Assembly: GCA_050613775.1 (NCBI GenBank)
Contig: JBODTK010000013.1
Location: 1,488,001 to 1,552,000 of the forward strand
Reading direction: 5' to 3'
From: Neocallimastix sp. 'constans'
Lineage: Eukaryota
DNA length: 64,000 nucleotides
Part shown: one piece after another, positions 51,866-64,000 of the stretch
Numbering within the stretch: position 1 is the first letter of the stretch
How the letters are laid out: every line of letters starts with the position of its first letter
Made by a program: the position numbers and the translations under genes
The notes under the pieces: model-generated
Database searches by the model: none
Told to the model about the DNA's origin: nothing
What the model saw: only the letters and a program-made list of their open reading frames with translations

Positions 51866-52440
51866 TAATTGTTAACACTAATGAATTAATATATATAGAC
51901 ATTATAAATAACTTTTATATATTATACGAATAATACATATAATATTCATATATATATATATATATGATTTATAAAAATAAAAAAATAAAAATTTATTGAT
52001 TGATTATTTATTGAACATGACTAAAAAGTTAAATTATTGTTATTTCTGTATAAAAAAAAAAAAAAAAAAAGAAAAAATAAAATAAAAATAATTTATAAAT
52101 TATAAATTTAAATATATTATATGTTAAAATAGAAAAAAAAATTATTTTTAGTTTTTATTTATAGAATGAAAGTATAATGATAATATGAAAAAAAAAAAAA
52201 AAAAATTTTTTTTAATTATTATTATTAGTATTATTATCTATTTATGAATTTATTTATTAATTTTAATTTTCTCTATAAATTGTTTGCTCTATTAAAGTGT
52301 CTAAAATATATATAATTATTTTTTTATTTATTTTTTTTTTATTATTATTATTATTTCGATATTATATATTTTTAAATAAATAAAAGAACATTGTAATAAA
52401 TATTTTTTTTTTTTTTTTTCAATTATTTCTTTGATTTAAT

Positions 52441-52776
52441 TTATTCAGTTCTTTTACGGGGCATAAGTTTATGTTCCTTACTAGCATTCTTCTTTCTTCT
52501 CTTTTCTAATATCTTATCTATAGACTTTGATTTAGTATTCTTGTATTTATCGATTAATTCCATTCTCTTAAGATCAGCTATTTTATATTAATTTAAATAT
52601 TCATTATATATATATATATGCATTATTATTATTATTATTATTTTTTTTTTTTTTTTTTTTTTGACATATATTTTAAAAATATTATAATATTATTAATAAT
52701 AAAAAATAAAATATATTTATATATTATATATATTTTTTCATATATATTCATAAAATTATATATATAATATTTATTA

Positions 52777-52822
<46 letters not shown>

Positions 52823-53452
52823 AAATCTTTACCCTTCTTAAGGAAGTATGGTCTCTTTCCTTCCTTTACTCTTTGCATTTCTTTCTTTCTCCATTCACGT
52901 TTTATTGCTTGTCTTCTTTCCTTAGCAGCCTCAGTTTGTTTCTTTGATTTCTATTATGTTCAATTAAAATGATTTCAAAATATTATTGAATAAATATATA
53001 TATATATATATAAATTTATATAGATAGATAAATAAATAGGTATAAAAAATAGTATATATATTTTAGAAGATTTAATTTTTGAATTTTAAAGAACAATAAA
53101 AATAAAAATAAAAAAAAAAAAAATAATTTATTTGATAATCATTTAAAAGTAATATTAAAATTTAAAATTGAAATTTTATATTAATTTTATTTAATTAGTA
53201 TATATACCAATGATTGATAAACTCTTGTCAATTTTTCTTTTTCTAACGAATTTTTAGTCTTTTTTATTTTTTCTTGAATCATATTCATTTCATTTTCTTC
53301 TATTTCTGATAAAAATTTATAGGATTTCTTAAATAAATCTTCATTATACTTTCCTGATAAATTATCAAATCTTGGATCTCTTGTCTTCTTTTTCTTAACT
53401 TCTATTACTTCTCTATATCTACTAACAGGTTTTTTTGAAGAAATTTCCATAG

Positions 53453-53490
<38 letters not shown>

Positions 53491-53909
53491 ATAAAATAAA
53501 ATAAAATAAAAAAAATAAAAAAATAAATTAATTTAAATTTAGATTTCAAAATTTGAAATTTTAAAATTTGAGTATAATAAAAATATTAATTTTATTTAAA
53601 TATTTTAGAATTAATATTTCTATAAATTTTTTATAAATTTTTATATCACTTTTTTTTTTTTTTAACTTTTGAAAAATTACCTATTTTTATTTTCTCTTTT
53701 TTTAATTGGTTTTTGTTCCTTTTTCTTTTTAAGAAGTTTCAATGATTCTTTTGCTTTTTTTATGGCTTCATCTTTTATTATATTACTTTTGTTGGAAGTT
53801 TTTGCAAAGGTTTTATTAAATTCTTTCATTCCCATTTTTTGTTGAATTTTTGCAATTTGATTAAATGGAATTTTGGATAATTCTTTTTTTTTTTTTTTTT
53901 TTTTTTATT

Positions 53910-53948
<39 letters not shown>

Positions 53949-54471
53949 ATTATATATAACATATTTTGTAATTGAAATTTTTTTTTTTTTTTTTATATTT
54001 TTTTAAAAAATTCATTTGGAATATATATATATGAACATTTAATAATACTTTTCGAAAAAAATATATATATATAACTAAATTTTAATATATTTTTACCTTT
54101 TTCTAAATTTTCCTATTGAAATATTATTCATTAATTTAATAATATAATAAATTTAAATAAAAATATTTAAATGAATAATTATTAGTTAATTTTTTTTTCT
54201 TCTTCTAATCTTTACTCTTCATATTTTAAAATGTATATTAATGCTTAAAAGAAAAATAAGTATATGTATAATATGTATATACAATTTGTTGGTCTCTTTC
54301 ATTGTCATCATCTTCGTCAGAATCTTCTTCAATTATTTCTTCTTCAGAATCATAATCATCATTTTCAATATCTTCATCGTCATCCTCTTCAACTATTTCT
54401 TCATCTTCATCATATTCTTCTTGAGAATCAAATTCTTCTTCATCATACTCCTCCTGATAACTTTTTTTCAT
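52441..54471 (-). CDS. RRP36: rRNA biogenesis protein RRP36, 6 exons including a 16-nt micro-exon (54097-54112)
   Basis: Acidic N-terminus, then KRENKNRPMEISSKKPVSRYR, RDPRFDNLSGKYNEDLFKKSYKFL, VKEGKRPYFLRRADL and LEKRRKKNASKEHKLMP. Stop at 52441-52443. Confidence 0.93.
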
Positions 54472-54562
54472 TTTTTATATATATTATAATTATTAAAGAA
54501 ATTTACCAACAGAAAAGTTTTTTTTTGAAATAAAAAATAAAATAAAAATAAAAATTAAAATT

Positions 54563-54609
<47 letters not shown>

Positions 54610-54616
54610 GATTGAA

Positions 54617-54623
54617 TCACGTG
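54617..54623. promoter_or_regulatory. Possible bHLH E-box (TCACGTG) in the divergent RRP36/MPDU1 intergenic region
   Basis: A CpG-containing palindromic motif ~150 bp upstream of the RRP36 ATG in almost GC-free DNA; function is unproven. Confidence 0.3.
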
Positions 54624-55588
54624 TACTATTAAAATTTTTTTTATAATATGGTACTTAACTAATAATAATATTTGATTTTATATATTAACATAAAATAAAT
54701 TAAAAAAAAATTTATATTAAAATTTATTAAAAAAAAAATACATATATTTTATATATAATTAAAAAAAAATTATAATTAGTGTATTATATTTTTATATAAA
54801 ATATTTTATTTTTTATTATATTTTTATAATAATATTAAAGAAATCAAAATATGTATATATATTTATTTTTATTTATTTATTTTATTTAGTTATTAATTTA
54901 ATATTTATTTATTATTTATTTTCTTAATTATTTATTTAATATTTATTTATTATTATTATTTACTTATTTATTATTAATATTTATTTATTTATTTATTTAT
55001 TTTTTATTATATATTCTTTATTTTTATATTAAAATAATTTTTAAATTTCAAATTTTAAAATTCTAATCAAATAAAATTAATATAAATTCTGAATAGTTAT
55101 TTGTTAATAAAAAAAAAGATTTCTATATATAAATCATCCATCCATATTTTTGTCTTAATACTTTTTTTAATTTTAATAAAAAAAATATTTTTAAAAAAAT
55201 TAAAAAAAAAAATAATAATAATATTAAAATAAAATAAAATAAAAAAAAAAAAAAAAAAAAAATAAAAAAAAAAAAAAAAAAAAAGGTAAAATAAAATTAA
55301 ATAATAATAATAATAATATATATTTAATTCATTTAATATAGTTTTGTTCTTTTTAATTTATTTTATTTTTATTTTTTTTTTTTTTATATTTATTTTTTCT
55401 TTTAAATAAATTGAATTTTTTTTAACAATTATCTATATATGATATTATTATTACAATATATAACTCTATCTTTTTTTAAATAAATAAATAAAACGAATAT
55501 TTTATTTGTTTAAATTTTTTATTTATTATTTTTCATAAACCAATTATTAATTATTAATCAAATTTAAAGAAATATCAAATAATAAATC

Positions 55589-56939
55589 ATGGATGATCTT
55601 ATTGCTTACGCTAAAAACTTTATAACTTCACTTATCGGTGAAAAGTGTTATGTAGAATTGGTCGAAAATTTAAATGTTAAAAATGTTGATTGTATCAAAT
55701 ATGCCTTTTCCAAAGTTCTTGGTTTAGGTATGGTTTGTGGTGGTGCTATCTTAAAAGTTCCACAAATTATTAAAATTTTATTATCAAAGTCTACTAGAGG
55801 TATTTCTGTTACTTCTTACTTCTTAGAAATGTTGGCTTTATTAATTAATATTTCATACAATATTCGTTTCCAATATCCATTTACTACTTGGGGAGAATTT
55901 CCATTTATCGGTAAAGCATAAAATATAATACCAATATTTATTTATATAAATAAATGAATAAATAAGTATAAATATATAAAATATATAAAATATACATATA
56001 TTAAAATGTTAAAAAAAATATTTTTGTATTTTATTTTTTATTTCTTTTTTTTTTTATTTTATTTATATTATATTATATATATATTATTTCCTATTTATTT
56101 TTATATTAATTATATATATAAAATATGATTATATCTTTTTTTAAAATTTTTTTTATTTAAAACACATTTCAAATATCTGATTTATTTAATTAAAATAATA
56201 AACAAAATAAATAAATGAATAAAAAAAAAAAAATAAAAATATTAATACAAATATTCATTTCCAAACAACAGCTGTTCAATGTTTCATTGTTCTTTTCTTA
56301 ATTTACTTCTTCAGAAAATCTAGAAAGAATTTAATATTTTTCTTATCTCCATTACTTATTTTACTTGTCATTTTCAATCCAAGTAAGTTATATATATATA
56401 TAAATATTATAATATATAATTTTAATAGTTTTTTTTTTTTTTTTTTCAATCAAAAAAAAAAAAAAAAAAAGCTTTTTCTAATATATATAAATTTTTATTA
56501 TATTTTTATTATAAATTCTAATTATAACATATGTAATTATTATTAAAAATAAATAAATAAATAAATAATTTAATAAAAATATATTTAAGAAATAATTTCA
56601 AATTCTTTACTTCAAATTCTTCAAACTTCTACCATTGGTATTACTATTGCTAGTCGTTTACCACAAATTATTACTAATTACAAACACAGAAGTACTGGTG
56701 AATTATCTGCTCTTACAGTTTTCTTCCAATGTGCTGGTTCATTAGCTAGGGTTTTCACTACCATTCAAGAAGTTGATGATTATGTTGTTATGGCTGGTAA
56801 TCTTATTGCTAGTACCTTAAATACTGTTTTATTCTTCCAAGTTCTCTACTACTGGAGATCTGGTTACGTTCCACTTAAAAACAAAGCTTCAAAGTCAAAA
56901 TCTACAAAATCTAAGTCAAAATCTAAGAAGAGAGTCTAA
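55589..56939 (+). CDS. MPDU1: Mannose-P-dolichol utilization defect 1 (Lec35, PQ-loop); exons 55589-55910, 56272-56382, 56590-56939
   Basis: SKVLGLGMVCGGAILKVPQIIKI, PFTTWGE, SRLPQIITNYKHRSTGELSALT, GSLARVFTTIQEVDD; ends in KKRV* (KKxx ER-retrieval type). Confidence 0.93.
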
Positions 56940-57063
56940 AAATACAAATATAAATAAAATAGAATAATATAAAAAAAAAACAGAAAATGAAAAATTATTA
57001 TAAATTTACAAATTAAACAAATTAAAAATAAAAAATAAAAATAAAAAATAAAATGAAAAAATG

Positions 57064-57112
<49 letters not shown>

Positions 57113-57289
57113 AATAAAGAAATAAAGAAATAACTAATTATAGAATATTAATAAAAAATTAAAAAAATAAAAAAATAAAAAATAATTAAAAAAATAATTA
57201 AAGAATTTAAATTATTATCACACAATTATTTATATAATTTTAATTAAAAGTCTTTTTTTTTTTTTTTTTTTTTTTATTTTTTTATTTTT

Positions 57290-60200
57290 ATTTTATTTTA
57301 TTTTATTTTATTTTATTTTATTTTATTCAATCTGTACTTTATATTAATATTTCTACTATTTATTTTATTTTATTTTATTTTATTTTATTTTATTTTATTT
57401 TATTTTATTTTATTTTATTTTATTTTATTTTATTTTATTTTATTTTATTTTATTTTATTTTATTTTATTTTATTTTATTTTATTTTATTCAATCTGTACT
57501 TATATTTATATTTCTACTATTTATTTTATTTTATTTTATTTTATTTTATTTTATTTTATTCAATCTGTACTTATATTTATATTTCTACTATTTATTTTAT
57601 TTTATTTTATTTTATTTTTATTAATACTTTACTCTTTTATATTACTTCACTATTTATTTTATTTTATTTTATTTTATTTTATTTTATTCAATCTTTACTT
57701 TATATTAATATTTCTACTATTTATTTTATTTTATTTTATTTTATTTTATTTTATTTTATTTTATTTTATTCAATCTGTACTTTATATTTAATATTCTACT
57801 ATTTATTTTATTTTATTTTATTTTATTTTATTTTATTTTATTTTATTTTATTTTATTTTATTTTATTTTATTTTATTTTATTTTATTTTATTTTATTTTA
57901 TTCAATCTGTACTTTATATTAATATTTCTACTATTTATTTTATTTTATTTTATTTTATTCAATCTGTACTTTATATTAATATTTCTACTATTTATTTTAT
58001 TTTATTTTATTTTATTCAATCTGTACTTTATATTAATATTTCTACTATTTATTTTATTTTATTTTATTTTATTCAATCTGTACTTTATATTAATATTTCT
58101 ACTATTTATTTTATTTTATTTTATTTTATTCAATCTGTACTTTATATTAATATTTCTACTATTTATTTTATTTTATTTTATTTTATTTTATTTTATTTTA
58201 TTTTATTTTATTTTATTTTATTCAATCTGTGCTTTATATTTAATATTCTACTATTTATTTTATTTTATTTTATTTTATTTTATTTTATTTTATTTTATTT
58301 TATTTTATTTTATTTTATTTTATTTTATTTTATTTTATTTTATTTTATTTTATTTTATTTTATTCAATCTGTACTTTATATTTAATATTCTACTATTTAT
58401 TTTATTTTATTTTATTTTATTTTATTTTATTTTATTTTATTTTATTTTATTTTATTTTATTCAAACTCTACTTTATATTTAATATTCTACTATTAATTTT
58501 ATTTTATTTTATTTTATTTTATTTTATTTTATTTTATTTTATTTTATTTTATTTTATTTTATTTTATTTTATTTTATTCAATCTGTACTTTATATTTAAT
58601 ATTCTACTATTTATTTTATTTTATTTTATTTTATTTTATTTTATTTTATTTTATTCAATCTGTACTTTATATTTAATATTCTACTATTTATTTTATTTTA
58701 TTTTATTTTATTTTATTTTATTTTATTTTATTTTATTTTATTTTATTCAATCTGTACTTTATATTTAATATTCTACTATTTATTTTATTTTATTTTATTT
58801 TATTTTATTTTATTTTATTTTATTCAATCTGTACTTTATATTAATATTTCTACTATTTATTTTATTTTATTTTATTTTATTCAATCTGTACTTTATAATA
58901 AATATTATACTATTTATTTTATTCTATTCTATTTTATTTTATTTTATTTTATTTTATTTTATTTTATTTTATTTTATTTTATTTTATTTTATTTATTTTA
59001 TTTTATTTTTATTAATACTTTACTCTTTTATATTACTTCACTATTTATTTTATTTTATTTTATTTTATTTTATTTTATTTTATTTTATTCAATCTGTACT
59101 TTATATTAAATATTCTACTATTTATTTTATTTTATTTTATTTTATTTTATTTTATTTTATTTTATTTTATTTTATTTTATTTTATTTTATTTTATTTTAT
59201 TTTATTTTATTTTATTTTATTTTATTTTATTTTATTTTATTCAATCTGTACTTTATATTAAATATTCTACTATTTATTTTATTTTATTTTATTCTATTTT
59301 ATTTTATTTTATTTTATTCAATCTGTACTTTATATTTAATATTCTACTATTTATTTTATTTTATTTTATTTTATTTTATTTTATTTTATTTTATTCAATC
59401 TGTACTTATATTTATATTTCTACTATTTATTTTATTTTATTTTATTTTATTTTATTTTATTTTATTTTATTCAATCTGTACTTATATTTATATTTCTACT
59501 ATTTATTTTATTTTATTTTATTTTATTTTTATTAATACTTTACTCTTTTATATTACTTCACTATTTATTTTATTTTATTTTATTTTATTTTATTTTATTT
59601 TATTTTTATTAATACTTTACTCTTTTATATTACTTCACTATTTATTTTATTTTATTTTATTTTATTTTATTTTTATTAATACTTTACTCTTTTATATTAC
59701 TTCACTATTTATTTTATTTTATTTTATTTTATTTTATTTTATTTTATTTTATTTTATTTTATTTTATTTTATTTTATTTTATTTTATTTTATTTTATTTT
59801 ATTTTATTTTATTTTATTTTATTTTATTTTATTTTATTTTATTTTATTTTATTTTATTTTATTTTATTTTATTTTATTTTATTTTATTTTATTTTATTTT
59901 ATTTTATTTTATTTTTATTAATACTTTACTCTTTTATATTACTTCACTATTTATTTTATTTTATTTTATTTTATTTTATTTTATTTTATTTTATTTTATT
60001 TTATTTTATTTTATTTTATTTTATTTTATTTTATTTTATTTTATTTTATTCAATCTGTACTTTATATTAAATATTCTACTATTTATTTTATTTTATTTTA
60101 TTCTATTTTATTTTATTTTATTTTATTTTATTCAATCTGTACTTTATATTAAATATTCTACTATTTATTTTATTTTATTTTATTTTATTTTATTTTATTT

Positions 60201-63200
60201 TATTTTATTCAATCTGTACTTTATATTTAATATTCTACTATTTATTTTATTTTATTTTATTTTATTTTATTTTATTTTATTTTATTTTATTTTATTTTAT
60301 TTTATTTTATTTTATTTTATTTTATTTTATTTTATTTTATTTTATTTTATTCAATCTGTACTTTATATTTAATATTCTACTATTTATTTTATTTTATTTT
60401 ATTTTATTTTATTTTATTTTATTTTATTCAATCTTTACTTTATATTAATATTTCTACTATTTATTTTATTTTATTTTATTTTATTTTATTTTATTTTATT
60501 TTATTTTATTCAATCTGTACTTTATATTTAATATTCTACTATTTATTTTATTTTATTTTATTTTATTTTATTTTATTTTATTTTATTTTATTTTATTTTA
60601 TTTTATTTTATTTTATTTTATTTTATTTTATTTTATTTTATTCAATCTGTACTTTATATTAATATTTCTACTATTTATTTTATTTTATTTTATTTTATTC
60701 AATCTGTACTTTATATTAATATTTCTACTATTTATTTTATTTTATTTTATTTTATTCAATCTGTACTTTATATTAATATTTCTACTATTTATTTTATTTT
60801 ATTTTATTTTATTCAATCTGTACTTTATATTAATATTTCTACTATTTATTTTATTTTATTTTATTTTATTCAATCTGTACTTTATATTAATATTTCTACT
60901 ATTTATTTTATTTTATTTTATTTTATTTTATTTTATTTTATTTTATTTTATTTTATTTTATTCAATCTGTGCTTTATATTTAATATTCTACTATTTATTT
61001 TATTTTATTTTATTTTATTTTATTTTATTTTATTTTATTTTATTTTATTTTATTTTATTTTATTTTATTTTATTTTATTTTATTTTATTTTATTTTATTT
61101 TATTCAATCTGTACTTTATATTTAATATTCTACTATTTATTTTATTTTATTTTATTTTATTTTATTTTATTTTATTTTATTTTATTTTATTTTATTTTAT
61201 TCAAACTCTACTTTATATTTAATATTCTACTATTAATTTTATTTTATTTTATTTTATTTTATTTTATTTTATTTTATTTTATTTTATTTTATTTTATTTT
61301 ATTTTATTTTATTTTATTCAATCTGTACTTTATATTTAATATTCTACTATTTATTTTATTTTATTTTATTTTATTTTATTTTATTTTATTTTATTTTATT
61401 TTATTTTATTCAATCTGTACTTTATATTTAATATTCTACTATTTATTTTATTTTATTTTATTTTATTTTATTTTATTTTATTTTATTCAATCTGTACTTT
61501 ATATTAATATTTCTACTATTTATTTTATTTTATTTTATTTTATTCAATCTGTACTTTATAATAAATATTATACTATTTATTTTATTCTATTCTATTTTAT
61601 TTTATTTTATTTTATTTTATTTTATTTTATTTTATTTTATTTTATTTTATTTTATTTTATTTTATTTTATTTTATTTTATTTTATTTTATTTTATTTTAT
61701 TCAATCTGTACTTTATATTTAATATTCTACTATTTATTTTATTTTATTTTATTTTATTTTATTTTATTTTATTTTATTTTATTTTATTTTATTTTATTTT
61801 ATTCAAACTCTACTTTATATTTAATATTCTACTATTAATTTTATTTTATTTTATTTTATTTTATTTTATTTTATTTTATTTTATTTTATTTTATTTTATT
61901 TTATTTTATTTTATTTTATTCAATCTGTACTTTATATTTAATATTCTACTATTTATTTTATTTTATTTTATTTTATTTTATTTTATTTTATTTTATTTTA
62001 TTTTATTTTATTCAATCTGTACTTTATATTTAATATTCTACTATTTATTTTATTTTATTTTATTTTATTTTATTTTATTTTATTTTATTCAATCTGTACT
62101 TTATATTAATATTTCTACTATTTATTTTATTTTATTTTATTTTATTCAATCTGTACTTTATAATAAATATTATACTATTTATTTTATTCTATTCTATTTT
62201 ATTTTATTTTATTTTATTTTATTTTATTTTATTTTATTTTATTTTATTTTATTTTATTTATTTTATTTTATTTTTATTAATACTTTACTCTTTTATATTA
62301 CTTCACTATTTATTTTATTTTATTTTATTTTATTTTATTTTATTTTATTTTATTCAATCTGTACTTTATATTAAATATTCTACTATTTATTTTATTTTAT
62401 TTTATTTTATTTTATTTTATTTTATTTTATTTTATTTTATTTTATTTTATTTTATTTTATTTTATTTTATTTTATTTTATTTTATTTTATTTTATTTTAT
62501 TTTATTCAATCTGTACTTTATATTAAATATTCTACTATTTATTTTATTTTATTTTATTCTATTTTATTTTATTTTATTTTATTCAATCTGTACTTTATAT
62601 TTAATATTCTACTATTTATTTTATTTTATTTTATTTTATTTTATTTTATTTTATTTTATTCAATCTGTACTTATATTTATATTTCTACTATTTATTTTAT
62701 TTTATTTTATTTTATTTTATTTTATTTTATTTTATTCAATCTGTACTTATATTTATATTTCTACTATTTATTTTATTTTATTTTATTTTATTTTTATTAA
62801 TACTTTACTCTTTTATATTACTTCACTATTTATTTTATTTTATTTTATTTTATTTTATTTTATTTTATTTTTATTAATACTTTACTCTTTTATATTACTT
62901 CACTATTTATTTTATTTTATTTTATTTTATTTTATTTTTATTAATACTTTACTCTTTTATATTACTTCACTATTTATTTTATTTTATTTTATTTTATTTT
63001 ATTTTATTTTATTTTATTTTATTTTATTTTATTTTATTTTATTTTATTTTATTTTATTTTATTTTATTTTATTTTATTTTATTTTATTTTATTTTATTTT
63101 ATTTTATTTTATTTTATTTTATTTTATTTTATTTTATTTTATTTTATTTTATTTTATTTTATTTTATTTTATTTTATTTTATTTTATTTTATTTTTATTA

Positions 63201-64000
63201 ATACTTTACTCTTTTATATTACTTCACTATTTATTTTATTTTATTTTATTTTATTTTATTTTATTTTATTTTATTTTATTTTATTTTATTTTATTTTATT
63301 TTATTTTATTCAATCTGTACTTTATATTAAATATTCTACTATTTATTTATTTTATTTTATTCTATTTTATTTTATTTTATTTTATTTTATTCAATCTGTA
63401 CTTTATATTAAATATTCTACTATTTATTTTATTTTATTTTATTTTATTTTATTTTATTTTATTTTATTCAATCTGTACTTTATATTTAATATTCTACTAT
63501 TTATTTTATTTTATTTTATTTTATTTTATTTTATTTTATTTTATTTTATTTTATTTTATTTTATTTTATTTTATTTTATTTTATTTTATTTTATTTTATT
63601 TTATTCAATCTGTACTTTATATTTAATATTCTACTATTTATTTTATTTTATTTTATTTTATTTTATTTTATTTTATTTTATTCAATCTTTACTTTATATT
63701 AATATTTCTACTATTTATTTTATTTTATTTTATTTTATTTTATTTTATTTTATTTTATTTTATTCAATCTGTACTTTATATTTAATATTCTACTATTTAT
63801 TTTATTTTATTTTATTTTATTTTATTTTATTTTATTTTATTTTATTTTATTTTATTTTATTTTATTTTATTTTATTTTATTTTATTTTATTTTATTCAAT
63901 CTGTACTTTATATTAATATTTCTACTATTTATTTTATTTTATTTTATTTTATTCAATCTGTACTTTATATTAATATTTCTACTATTTATTTTATTTTATT
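57290..64000. repeat. Compound satellite: ~70 conserved ~32-nt units separated by variable (ATTTT)n, with higher-order periodicity; continues past the window end
   Basis: Major unit CAATCTGTACTTTATATT(T)AATATT(T)CTACTATT and minor unit TAATACTTTACTCTTTTATATTACTTCACTATT. Diagnostic variants recur in the same order. Confidence 0.95.

Noticed and set aside
57290..64000. CRISPR array
   Set aside because: The spacers are all the same (ATTTT)n microsatellite rather than unique sequences, there are no cas genes, and the context is eukaryotic.
57290..64000. Repetitive protein-coding region or canonical telomere
   Set aside because: The (AAAAT)n strand has TAA in all frames, the ORF track shows nothing here, and there is no TTAGGG-like G-rich repeat.

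Overview
Extremely AT-rich, intron-rich eukaryotic DNA (GT-AG introns, long homopolymer and microsatellite tracts). The combination of epsilon-tubulin (a centriole/flagellum marker), a fungal-type ERG8, a Cys/Tyr-repeat scaffoldin-like gene and an intronless ankyrin gene fits an anaerobic gut fungus (Neocallimastigomycota); this assignment is inferred. Ten protein genes were spliced by hand: epsilon-tubulin, a 4-RRM Nrd1/Mrn1-like protein, ERG8, TAPT1/EMP65, an ankyrin-repeat protein, a ~1545-aa scaffoldin-like protein, GMF, C9orf78/Tls1, RRP36 and MPDU1. Non-genic highlights: (i) three 5'-truncated, poly(A)-tailed copies of one non-LTR-retroelement-like family, one with an exact 14-bp target-site duplication; (ii) a >6.7-kb compound satellite running off the window end, with ~70 conserved ~32-nt units embedded in variable (ATTTT)n and a ~2.7-3.3 kb higher-order repeat; (iii) a diverged, inverted 5-unit copy of the same satellite just after the ERG8 stop codon, 34 kb away; (iv) a perfect 24-bp-arm palindrome. 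No CRISPR, rRNA or tRNA was recognised.
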